Source: Candidatus Omnitrophota bacterium | GTDB taxonomy: Bacteria > Omnitrophota > Gorgyraeia > Gorgyraeales > Gorgyraeaceae | NCBI GenBank assembly: GCA_043822665.1 | Contig: JBDRBM010000024.1 | Coordinates: forward strand, 2,056 to 66,055 | DNA length: 64,000 nt | Direction of reading: 5' to 3' | Part shown: in pieces, positions 44,075 through 52,860 of the stretch | Numbering within the stretch: position 1 is the first letter of the stretch | Layout: every line of letters starts with the position of its first letter | Made by a program: the position numbers and the translations under genes | Notes under the pieces: model-generated | Seen by the model: the letters and a program-made list of their open reading frames with translations, nothing else | Database searches by the model: none | Told to the model about the DNA's origin: nothing

Positions 44075-45556
44075 ATGAAAAAGATATTTATAGCCGCAAT
44101 TTTAATATCTTTATTTTTCTGCGGGCCTTCGTTTTCCGAAGAGGTGCGCAAAAGTGCCGTGGCAGGCGCGTTCTACCCGGCGGATAAGAATGAGTTAGCC
44201 CAAACCGTGGACTCTTTTCTCGGGGCTGTAAAAAGGCCTGATATAAAAGGCAGGCTCCTGGCAATCATTGTTCCGCACGCGGGCTACGTGTATTCCGGGC
44301 AGGTGGCAGCTTATGGATTTAAACAGCTTGAGGATACTGGTTTTAAAAAAATAATAATAATCTCGCCGAGCCATTATGCGGCATTTGACGGTATGTCTGT
44401 GTATAATAGGGGTTTTTTTGAGACGCCGCTTGGCCTAGTCAGAGTGGACGAGGAACTCGCGGGCAGGATAATCAATAAAAGCGGCAGGTTTTTATTTTAT
44501 CCAGAGGCTCACGAAAAAGAGCATGCTATTGAAGTAGAACTTCCTTTTTTACAGAGGGTGTACAAGGGCAGGGATTTCAGTATTGTCCCTGTTGCCATGG
44601 GCTCACCTGTCATGGAAGATGCGCGCATATTGAGCGACGCGCTCTATGATGTTATTGACAAAGACACACTTTTAATAATAAGCGTGGACCTTTCTCATTA
44701 CCATTCCTATGATGAGGCGGTCAAGCTTGACACAGGCGGCATCTCAGCTGTAGAAAAATTAGACGCAGGCTGGCTCCTTGAACAGTTAAGGTCCGGCAAT
44801 ACAGAAATCGATGCGCCCATAGCTGTAATGGCTGCTATAATGTTTGTAAATAGGCACAACGCTAAGGCCAAGGTTTTAAAATACGCTAATTCCGGGGATG
44901 TAACAGGGGACAAGTCAAGAGTGGTCGGTTATTCAAGTATCGTTATATACATTCCCTCTCCTAAACCGGAAGAGGACAAGGGGGCGATGATCATGAAAGA
45001 CGAATACCTCAATAGAGAAGAAAAAGATAAACTTCTCCAGATTGCAAAGGCCTCTGTGATAGAGGCAGTTACCGGCAAAAAACAGGCTAAGATAGAAGTC
45101 ACAGAAGAACGCCTCAAGGAGAATTGCGGAGCGTTTGTAACATTGAAAAAACAAGGCCAACTGCGTGGCTGCATAGGTTATATAATTGCCGTAAAGCCGC
45201 TTTATGAGACTGTTAGGGATGTTGCTAAGTCAGCCGCTATAAATGACTACCGCTTTAACCCTGTCACAGAGGAAGAGCTGGATAAAATAGATATAGAGAT
45301 ATCAGCCCTTACGCCCTTAAAACGTATAAGCGATATAAACGAGATAGAAGTTGGTAAACACGGGCTTTACATGAAGCGAAGTTTTTCCTCAGGCCTTCTC
45401 CTGCCGCAGGTTGCTACAGAATACGGCTGGGATAAAGAAACCTTTTTGGAACATACGTGCCGTAAAGCAGGCCTGTCAACTGACGCCTGGAAAGATCCTG
45501 CCACAGAAATATATACCTTCTCAGCAGAAGTATTTGGCGAAAAGGAAGGGGAATAA
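44075..45556 (+). CDS. Fused Memo-like (AmmeMemoRadiSam protein B) and AMMECR1 (protein A), with an N-terminal signal/anchor
   Basis: MKKIFIAAILISLFFCGPSFS. AVAGAFYPADKNEL, IVPHAGYVYSG and DLSHYH (Memo). GAFVTLKKQGQLRGCIGY and GLLLPQV (AMMECR1). Confidence 0.8.
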   Translation: MKKIFIAAILISLFFCGPSFSEEVRKSAVAGAFYPADKNELAQTVDSFLGAVKRPDIKGRLLAIIVPHAGYVYSGQVAAYGFKQLEDTGFKKIIIISPSHYAAFDGMSVYNRGFFETPLGLVRVDEELAGRIINKSGRFLFYPEAHEKEHAIEVELPFLQRVYKGRDFSIVPVAMGSPVMEDARILSDALYDVIDKDTLLIISVDLSHYHSYDEAVKLDTGGISAVEKLDAGWLLEQLRSGNTEIDAPIAVMAAIMFVNRHNAKAKVLKYANSGDVTGDKSRVVGYSSIVIYIPSPKPEEDKGAMIMKDEYLNREEKDKLLQIAKASVIEAVTGKKQAKIEVTEERLKENCGAFVTLKKQGQLRGCIGYIIAVKPLYETVRDVAKSAAINDYRFNPVTEEELDKIDIEISALTPLKRISDINEIEVGKHGLYMKRSFSSGLLLPQVATEYGWDKETFLEHTCRKAGLSTDAWKDPATEIYTFSAEVFGEKEGE

Positions 45557-45585
45557 AAAAGCCCCTTTAAAAAGGGGCTTTTTTA
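45556..45585. terminator. Bidirectional rho-independent terminator between convergent genes
   Basis: AAAAAA-GCCCC-TTTAAAAA-GGGGC-TTTTTT. Confidence 0.8.
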
Positions 45586-45642
45586 TAGGCAATAAGCCTA
45601 GTTGCTCGCGCTATTTTTGTACCTCCTTGTTGTCTATAATAA

Positions 45643-47880
45643 CTATACCATATTTTTTTGGAAAAACAAGAGTGCTAGCGCGAGAAAATTGGTAAAAGCA
45701 ATAAAAAAGCATACCTGCGTAACACCTATTATAGGCACTAACAGAGTCCCTATAATAAGTGCCCCTAAGCAGGAGCCTAGAAGATCGATTCCATAGAGAA
45801 GGCCCGTTGTTTTACTTATATTCGCATCGTAGGCAAGGCATATTTTATTGGCAAGAGGGAACTGAAAACCGCCTATAAACCCCGCTATGACAGGAAGCAT
45901 GAGGAAACCTGACTCCAGGACGCGCGCCAGGGCCTCTCTCTCAGGCCCGGCCTTTGATATGTAGTGAAATATTAACGGCAGTATTAAAGGATATATGCAT
46001 ATGGCTGTCTGCGTCTTGAGATATAACGTTTTTTCATTCGTGATTTTTTTAAGAGCCCTATTTATACAAAAGCTTCCCAGCACAACTCCTATCATGAAAG
46101 AAGTCAAAATAAGCCCTATCTTGTAGTACACATAGCCGTACAAAAACTGGAAGGCCAGGATTACTATTATCTGAAAAGATATCTCGCTCATGCCAGTCGT
46201 GCCAATAGATATTATAACAGGCAGGCGCGGGCCTTTCAGTCCGAACCATTGTATTAAAAGGGCCGCGAAGAATAACGCGCAGGTTATCAGCGTAATGAAT
46301 TTTAGATTTATTTTTTCAAGATATCCCAGAAGGCCTTTCCCGGGATGGAACTGGGTCAGCCATAATGACATGTGGTAGAAATACCCTATAGGCCTGAAAT
46401 CTTTATTGATTTTCGCGCCGCCTGACTCAAAGATGGCTTTTTCCAGGTATTTTATCCTCATGGGATTTAATTTAAAAGGCAGGTAATATTCCCTGACAAA
46501 TTTGGTGTTGACCCCGCGCTCTTTTAGTCTTTTTATGAGTATACTAGGATCGTAGGTTAAAAGTTCCTTTGTTTCTGATGCCAGAAAGATAGCGGTATCT
46601 CCGGGCAGGACCTTTATATCACTAAATTCTTTTTTGAGGGTGTTATAGATGCTGGCAAGGTAATATGCCTGCTCATGGTTTATATAGTTTTCAGAAGATG
46701 TAAGCGAAAAAGAAAATACACCTCCCGGCGCCAGAACCCTTTTTATTTCTCTAAAGAACTCCATGGAATAAAACCTGTTCAGCATTGCTGTATGCGGGTC
46801 AGGGAGGTTCAAGATTATGACATCGTAGAGAGAATCGGTTTTTTTCACGAATAACCTGCCATCGCCATTGATTATACTTACTCTGTTGTCTTTCACTGGA
46901 GGCAGGTATTTTTGCGCCATTTTGACAATCAAAGGATCCAGCTCAACATAGTCCACCTTCTCAACAGGGTGCTTGAGGATTTGATCCAGAGAGCCGGCAT
47001 ATCCGCCGCCTATGAGGAGTATATTGCGGGGCCGCGGGTGTTCCAGCATGGCGTATTGCACTGATTCCTCGCTTGTCAAGAGGTCGCCGCTGGTGAATAC
47101 TAGAAGGCCGTTTTCATAAAAACTAAAATTAGGCCCTCTTTTTGTGACAGAGACATTACCGTATATGGAATCAGCGCTTTCGACCAGCTTAAACGGCTTG
47201 AACTGAGCTTGTCTTGTTTGTCTTTCCAGAGATAAGGGCCACTTAAGGGTGAAACCCAGGCATAGTGCTAATATATAGATTAAAGAGAGGGTATTTCTGT
47301 AAACCAGGATAGAGCCCAGTATGTTGATGCCTGAAAGCATAAACATATTCTCAAACGGGGAAAGTGATTTTATAAGAAAGAAACTATAGATAACCCCGCC
47401 TATAGATGCTCCTAATCCCTCCAAGAGATAGATCTTGCCTATCCCTAAAGAAGGGTCCAGGGCTTTTTTTGCGGAAAGCCTTGATATCACCACAAAGGTA
47501 AACCCCAGTATCGCGCAGATAAATGACAGCGAGACAAAGGAAGCGCCCAGCATTGGGACAAAGTCAATTATCTGGCCCGCCGGTATTTTTAATATGGATT
47601 TTATATTACGGATAAGGATCAGGTTTAATGGCAGGGCCAGGGCAGTGATGAGCTGTAGGTTAGCTATAAGGTTCTGCCTGGGTTTTAACTTGTCGGCCAG
47701 CCTGCCCACCGCGAAACTGCCAAACGCGACCCAGAAAAGCCAGCTTGCGAGGATCACGCCAAGCGATAGCTCATTACCGTAAAATACGATAATGAGTTCT
47801 CTTATAATAATTATCTGGCCCACCATTGAGGTAAGGCCTAAAATAAAGGCGCTGAGGTTTAGTTTTATCCTATTGTTCAT
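45643..47880 (-). CDS. Multi-TM membrane protein fused to a spermidine-synthase-like (aminopropyltransferase) domain
   Basis: About 200 aa of N-terminal TM segments. Central ILLIGGGYAGSLDQIL...VDYVELDP...DVIILNLPDP (SAM/dcSAM-fold spermidine synthase motifs). About 230 aa of C-terminal TM segments. Confidence 0.7.
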   Translation of the reverse strand: MNNRIKLNLSAFILGLTSMVGQIIIIRELIIVFYGNELSLGVILASWLFWVAFGSFAVGRLADKLKPRQNLIANLQLITALALPLNLILIRNIKSILKIPAGQIIDFVPMLGASFVSLSFICAILGFTFVVISRLSAKKALDPSLGIGKIYLLEGLGASIGGVIYSFFLIKSLSPFENMFMLSGINILGSILVYRNTLSLIYILALCLGFTLKWPLSLERQTRQAQFKPFKLVESADSIYGNVSVTKRGPNFSFYENGLLVFTSGDLLTSEESVQYAMLEHPRPRNILLIGGGYAGSLDQILKHPVEKVDYVELDPLIVKMAQKYLPPVKDNRVSIINGDGRLFVKKTDSLYDVIILNLPDPHTAMLNRFYSMEFFREIKRVLAPGGVFSFSLTSSENYINHEQAYYLASIYNTLKKEFSDIKVLPGDTAIFLASETKELLTYDPSILIKRLKERGVNTKFVREYYLPFKLNPMRIKYLEKAIFESGGAKINKDFRPIGYFYHMSLWLTQFHPGKGLLGYLEKINLKFITLITCALFFAALLIQWFGLKGPRLPVIISIGTTGMSEISFQIIVILAFQFLYGYVYYKIGLILTSFMIGVVLGSFCINRALKKITNEKTLYLKTQTAICIYPLILPLIFHYISKAGPEREALARVLESGFLMLPVIAGFIGGFQFPLANKICLAYDANISKTTGLLYGIDLLGSCLGALIIGTLLVPIIGVTQVCFFIAFTNFLALALLFFQKNMV

Positions 47881-47930
47881 TGCCTATAAGTGTAGCATAC
47901 AACTTCCAAAGGTTCAACCTAACCCGCGTG

Positions 47931-48114
47931 CTTAACTTGATAGTATAGGAATTTCCTTTTATTGTACAAACGCTTGTCATTGCGAGGCCGAAGGCCGAAG
48001 CAATCTCAAAAGATCCTTCAGCAGCTCCTGTTAGTAGCTGCTTCAGGATTAAATTCGCACTTATCTCTTACGCCCCTTTCAGGAGCGTAAGAGATGTGCT
48101 TAATTTAAGTTAAG
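47931..48114. repeat. Composite family-C element (184 nt) with multiple cargo hairpins
   Basis: The left end CTTAACTTGATAGTATAGGAATTTCCTTTTATTGTAC matches the left ends at 7612, 20932 and 55157. Cargo includes CATTGCGAGGCCGAAGGCCGAAGCAATC (GGCCGAA twice) and the ATCTCTTACGC...GCGTAAGAGAT stem. The right end AATTTAAGTTAAG is degenerate. Confidence 0.8.
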
Positions 48115-48157
48115 GAGATTGAACCTTGGGCATATAGGTGTTATAATATATAACACT

Positions 48158-48796
48158 ATGCAGGCAGTCAGTGCGCAGGAGATGCATGAGTTGGATCGCA
48201 GGACAATAGAGGATTTTGGCGTGCCGTCCATTGTCCTTATGGAAAATGCAGGTAGATGCGTAAGCGAGACAGGCATAGAGATGCTCAAGGCTTCTGCCAG
48301 TAATAATGCAGCAGTATTTTGCGGTACAGGTAATAATGGGGGCGATGGTTTTGTAGCTGCGAGATATCTTGCAAGACAAGGTATAGATGTGACAATATTT
48401 ATAGTCGGCGAGAACCATGGCCTGAAAAATGACCCGCTTACAAATTTACATATCCTGCGCAGAATGGGGGTTAGAGTAAAAGAAATCGCTACGCCGGTAA
48501 ACATAAATACAGGTTTAATAATAGACGCCATATTCGGGATAGGATTAGAAGGAGAGGTAAAAGACCCTGCCCGTAAAATCATTATTGACTTGAACCAAAA
48601 GAATGTACCTGTATTGGCAGTTGATGTTCCGTCGGGGCTAGACGCAGACACAGGAGAAATATTAGGCCAGGCCATAAAAGCAACAAAGACAGTGACCATG
48701 CAGTTTCCTAAAAAAGGTTTTTATATCAATAGAGGCCCTGAACATGCAGGCGAGATTGTGGTAGCGGATATAGGGATAATCGGAAAAGTTAGATAA
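48158..48796 (+). CDS. nnrE: NAD(P)H-hydrate epimerase (YjeF N-terminal domain)
   Basis: LMENAG, FCGTGNNGGDG, AVDVPSGLDADTG. I prefer ATG 48158 to the non-ATG track start at 48119. Confidence 0.85.
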   Translation: MQAVSAQEMHELDRRTIEDFGVPSIVLMENAGRCVSETGIEMLKASASNNAAVFCGTGNNGGDGFVAARYLARQGIDVTIFIVGENHGLKNDPLTNLHILRRMGVRVKEIATPVNINTGLIIDAIFGIGLEGEVKDPARKIIIDLNQKNVPVLAVDVPSGLDADTGEILGQAIKATKTVTMQFPKKGFYINRGPEHAGEIVVADIGIIGKVR

Positions 48797-48865
48797 GGCT
48801 GTGCGAAGTTGCTCCTCGGTTTCACTCGGGGCAAGCATGAAGTTAGAGGAGGTTACGAGAAATCT

Positions 48866-50698
48866 ATGTGCGGGATCGTGGGATATATAGGGAAAAGGGA
48901 CGTGTTGCCGATATTGCTCGAAGGCCTCAGACAGCTCGAGTATCGCGGTTATGATTCAGCAGGCGTATGTGTGCTTAAAGATGATAAGATACGCGTTGCC
49001 AAGCGTTCTGGAAAGATTGATGATCTTGAGTATTTGATAAAAAACAGGAAGGATTTAAGAGGTTCTGTTATTGGCATAGGCCACTCGCGCTGGGCAACTC
49101 ACGGCGCGCCTACAAATATAAACGCTCATCCGCATGTAGATTGTTCTGGTAATTTTGCAATCGTACACAATGGTATAATAGAGAATTTTAACGAGATAAA
49201 AAAGACTTTAATAAAAGAAGGGCACTGTTTCAGGTCAGAGACTGACACCGAGGTAGTCGCTCACCTTGTAGAAAAATATTACAGGGGAGATTTTGAAAAG
49301 GCTGTCTTGACAGCGATAAGAAGCCTTAAAGGCTCTTTTGCTCTCGGTATTTTATGCAGGAACCAGACGGATAAACTTATAGCTGTCAGAAAAGAAAGCC
49401 CTCTTATAGTCGGCATAGGAAAGTCCGAAAATTTCATTGCCTCTGATATCCCGGCCATACTCAATCATACTAAAAAGGTCTTGTATATAGAAGACGGCGA
49501 AATAGCAGTTCTTACCAAGGAAGGGGTGCGGGTCCTTGATTCAAATGGCAAAGAACAAAAGAAAAAAATAGATACAATAAAGTGGACCGTGGCCAGCGCT
49601 CAAAAAGGCGGATTCCCTCATTTTATGCTCAAGGAGATAAATGAACAGCCAAAGGTCTTGAAACAAATTCTCTCGTCGCGCATAAAAAACAGTTCTGGAA
49701 TTTCCATGGACGGTATAAGGCTTACCGATTACGAAATAAAGAATATCTCTAGCATTATTATACTCGCTTGTGGCACTGCCTATCACGCTGGCCTTGTAGG
49801 CAAATATCTCCTCGAAAGATTCTGCAATATTCCTGTAACAGTGGATGTCTCGAGTGAGTTTAGATATAGGGAGTCAATTGTCAATAGCCGCACCCTTACA
49901 ATAGCAATAAGCCAGTCAGGTGAAACAGCGGATACATTGGCCGCTGTCAGAGAGGCTAAGAGAAAAGGCGCTAAGATCGTCTCTATATGCAATGTTGTAG
50001 GTTCAAGCCTTACAAGGATTTCAGACGGCATCCTCTACACATACGCTGGTCCGGAGATAAGCGTTGCCTCTACAAAAGCATACACCGCGCAACTCGCCAT
50101 ACTTTATCTTTTATCTTTGTACATAGCTGACAGGAAAAAGTTTTTAAAGAAGGAATTCAAGCGGTATCTTTTAAAGGAATTCAAGCGAATACCAGGATTC
50201 CTGGACAAGGTATTAGAAAACAGGCATTCTATACAAAAACTCGCGGCAAGGCATCATAACTTTGGCTCATTTCTATATCTTGGCAGGAACCTTAATTTCC
50301 CAACAGCCCTTGAAGGCGCGTTAAAACTAAAAGAGATCTCTTATATACCGGCAGAGGGGTATGCCGCGGGCGAGATGAAACATGGCCCTATTGCATTGAT
50401 AGATGAGTACAGGGCTGTGGTATGTATAGCGCCGAGGTCCAGTATCTATGACAAAATAGTTTCCAATATCCAGGAGATATGCGCGAGAAGCGGCAGGGTT
50501 ATTATAGTCGCCACTGAGGGCGACTCAAGCGTTAAGAGATTTACAAAAGAGATCATATACATTCCAAAGACAGATGAGATCTTTTCACCCATCGTAGCTG
50601 TTGTACCATTACAGCTTTTGGCTTATTATATAGCTGTAATAAGAGGGTGCGATGTAGACCAGCCTAGGAATCTTGCCAAGAGCGTGACTGTAGAATAA
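48866..50698 (+). CDS. glmS: Glutamine--fructose-6-phosphate aminotransferase
   Basis: The true start is MCGIVGYIG (Cys2 nucleophile) at ATG 48866, after GAGGAGG. Two SIS domains. C-terminal ...NLAKSVTVE. It contains an in-frame near-duplicate KEFKRYLL/KEFKRIPG (50149-50190). Confidence 0.95.
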   Translation: MCGIVGYIGKRDVLPILLEGLRQLEYRGYDSAGVCVLKDDKIRVAKRSGKIDDLEYLIKNRKDLRGSVIGIGHSRWATHGAPTNINAHPHVDCSGNFAIVHNGIIENFNEIKKTLIKEGHCFRSETDTEVVAHLVEKYYRGDFEKAVLTAIRSLKGSFALGILCRNQTDKLIAVRKESPLIVGIGKSENFIASDIPAILNHTKKVLYIEDGEIAVLTKEGVRVLDSNGKEQKKKIDTIKWTVASAQKGGFPHFMLKEINEQPKVLKQILSSRIKNSSGISMDGIRLTDYEIKNISSIIILACGTAYHAGLVGKYLLERFCNIPVTVDVSSEFRYRESIVNSRTLTIAISQSGETADTLAAVREAKRKGAKIVSICNVVGSSLTRISDGILYTYAGPEISVASTKAYTAQLAILYLLSLYIADRKKFLKKEFKRYLLKEFKRIPGFLDKVLENRHSIQKLAARHHNFGSFLYLGRNLNFPTALEGALKLKEISYIPAEGYAAGEMKHGPIALIDEYRAVVCIAPRSSIYDKIVSNIQEICARSGRVIIVATEGDSSVKRFTKEIIYIPKTDEIFSPIVAVVPLQLLAYYIAVIRGCDVDQPRNLAKSVTVE

Positions 50699-50752
50699 CG
50701 TTTAGCGCCTGCCTACCGGCAGGCAGGGATAGCGTAGAGTGTATAGAAAAAT

Positions 50753-51424
50753 ATGTCAGGAAAACTTTTTATAGTATCCACCCCGATTGGGAATCTCAAA
50801 GACATAACATTAAGGGCTATTGAGACGCTTAAATCCGTAGACCTTGTTGCGTGCGAGGATACGCGCCATACAAAAAAGCTTCTTTCTCATTATGGTATAG
50901 TTACGCCGAGTACCAGCTATTTTGAACACAATAAGATTAAAAAAGGTGAATATCTGGCCCAACTCTTAAGAGAAGGCAGGCAAATCGCGCTTGTCTCTGA
51001 CAGCGGCACCCCTGGGATAAGCGACCCGGGGTATAATATTATAAACCTTGCAATAAAAAACAATATCCCTGTGACTGTGGTGCCAGGGCCTGCGGCATTT
51101 GTATCAGGTCTTGTAATATCCGGCATGCCTACAGATAGTTTTTTGTTTAAAGGATTTTTGTCTAACAAAAAGGCAAAGCGCCGCAGGCAATTAGGCCAGT
51201 TAAAAGAGGAGCACTGCACGATTATACTTTATGAATCGCCGCACAGGGTCTTAAAGACCTTGGCGGATATACTGGATATATTAGGTGACAGAGACATAGT
51301 AGTCGCGCGAGAAATGACCAAGATATTTGAGGAAACTATACGCTCAAATGTTTCAGGGGCCATTGAGCACTTTTTAAAACACCCCCCCAGAGGCGAGTTT
51401 ATTCTCCTGATAAGGGGCAAATGA
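50753..51424 (+). CDS. rsmI: 16S rRNA (cytidine1402-2'-O)-methyltransferase
   Basis: LFIVSTPIGNLKDIT, ACEDTRHT, SDSGTPGISDPG, YESPHR. Confidence 0.9.
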   Translation: MSGKLFIVSTPIGNLKDITLRAIETLKSVDLVACEDTRHTKKLLSHYGIVTPSTSYFEHNKIKKGEYLAQLLREGRQIALVSDSGTPGISDPGYNIINLAIKNNIPVTVVPGPAAFVSGLVISGMPTDSFLFKGFLSNKKAKRRRQLGQLKEEHCTIILYESPHRVLKTLADILDILGDRDIVVAREMTKIFEETIRSNVSGAIEHFLKHPPRGEFILLIRGK

Positions 51425-51475
51425 CTTAAAAGAGCCCTTGACAAAGAGCGGCAACTCGTTTAAACTAAGGATATT

Positions 51476-52534
51476 ATGAAAGATATCACGCTTTTTAACG
51501 TGACAATACCAGCTTTTATATATGCCCCAATTGTATATTTTATATGGGTCAGCATCTTGCTGGTTATTAAGAAGCTTGTTTTTGTCAGGGTGGAGCGTTT
51601 TGCTAATAGGACAAGCTCCAAACTAGATGACATACTGCTGTCCGCGCTTAATTTTCCGTTGGTTTTGCTGATATTTGTGAGCGGGGTAGCTATAGTGGAG
51701 CAAATATCTCCAATAGCAGCTGATTCAGGCATATTGCGATATTTAGTGATAGGGCTAAGGGCAACAACAGTAATTGCCATGATCTTGTTTCTGGATAAGC
51801 TCTTTATAAACCTTATACAGGTATATTCTTACAAGGTGGATATCTTAAAGGCATCGGGGGGTGTCATAAGAACCTTTGTAAGGATAATAGTAATAAGCCT
51901 GGGTCTTTTAATATTGCTGGATAATTTCGGGGTGTCAATAACCCCTATACTTGCTTCTTTGGGCATAGGTTCACTTGCGGTAGCCTTGGCGCTTCAGCCA
52001 ACACTTGAAAATTTTTTTTCAGGCATACAGATAATGATGGATAAACCAATACAACTTGGCCAGTTTATAAAGCTTGATTCAGGAGAAGAGGGGTATGTAG
52101 AAAAACTTGGGTGGCGCTCGACTTGGGTCAGGATGCTGCCCAATAACGTCGTAGTTATACCCAATAAAGTGCTGGCAGGCTCGAAGATCTTGAATTATTA
52201 CTATCCGCAGAAAGAGATGGCTGTCCTGGTGCAGGTGGGTGTGCATTATGATTCTGATTTGAAGCATGTTGAAAAGGTTACATGTGAGGTTGCAAAAGAG
52301 GTTATGAAAGATGTAACAGGAGGTATTCCGGAATTTGATCCTTTTATCAGATATCATACATTTAATAATTTCAGCATAGATTTTACAGTCATCCTTAGGG
52401 CCAAAGAGTTCGTAGATAATTATTTAATCAAGCACGAGTTTATAAAGAGGCTTCACGAGCGTTACGCCAAAGAGGGCATCGTGATACCTTACCCCATAAG
52501 AGCCATAAATTACGACCAGGAGAAGGCAAGATAA
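51476..52534 (+). CDS. MscS-family mechanosensitive channel
   Basis: N-terminal TM helices, pore helix GIGSLAVALALQ, and a beta-domain GEEGYVEKLGWRSTWVR. Confidence 0.85.
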   Translation: MKDITLFNVTIPAFIYAPIVYFIWVSILLVIKKLVFVRVERFANRTSSKLDDILLSALNFPLVLLIFVSGVAIVEQISPIAADSGILRYLVIGLRATTVIAMILFLDKLFINLIQVYSYKVDILKASGGVIRTFVRIIVISLGLLILLDNFGVSITPILASLGIGSLAVALALQPTLENFFSGIQIMMDKPIQLGQFIKLDSGEEGYVEKLGWRSTWVRMLPNNVVVIPNKVLAGSKILNYYYPQKEMAVLVQVGVHYDSDLKHVEKVTCEVAKEVMKDVTGGIPEFDPFIRYHTFNNFSIDFTVILRAKEFVDNYLIKHEFIKRLHERYAKEGIVIPYPIRAINYDQEKAR

Positions 52535-52836
52535 TGTTTATATTTTCAAATCTATTAGCGGCTATAGCGAGTTTATCAAACGTGATCCTTACAATATTGT
52601 ACTGGCTTATATTGATAAGGGCCTTAATAAGCTGGGTAAACCCTGATCCATATAATCCTATAGTGCAGTTTTTATACAAGGCCACAGAACCGATTTTATA
52701 TCCCATCAGAAGGATGCTGCCTCTCAACGCAGGCATTGGTATAGATATTTCACCGATCATAGCCTTTCTAATGCTCATTTTTTTAAAAAGTTTTTTAGTG
52801 AAAACCCTCCTGGATATAAGTTTCAGGTTGAGATAA
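52534..52836 (+). CDS. yggT: YggT family membrane protein
   Basis: 100 aa. LILIRALISWVNPDPYNP, TEPILYPIRRMLP, GIDISPI. Confidence 0.85.
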   Translation: MFIFSNLLAAIASLSNVILTILYWLILIRALISWVNPDPYNPIVQFLYKATEPILYPIRRMLPLNAGIGIDISPIIAFLMLIFLKSFLVKTLLDISFRLR

Positions 52837-52860
52837 GCAAAATTTAAAAAGAAGGACGAT

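Noticed and set aside
48797-48865. Possible glmS ribozyme upstream of glmS
   Set aside because: Only 69 nt separate the upstream gene from the glmS ATG. None of the conserved ribozyme core is visible. The space holds just an SD (GAGGAGG).
50149-50190. In-frame near-duplication AAGGAATTCAAGCG...AAGGAATTCAAGCG in glmS (KEFKRYLLKEFKR)
   Set aside because: It is a small 21-nt-spaced duplication in a linker between the SIS domains. It is probably a neutral slippage event and is not evidence of a distinct element.
51438-51466. TTGACA-17-TAAACT promoter-like string upstream of the MscS gene
   Set aside because: It would place the transcription start only about 3 nt before the ATG and downstream of the apparent SD. 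Promoter-like hexamers are common in AT-rich spacers. It is not reported as a feature.
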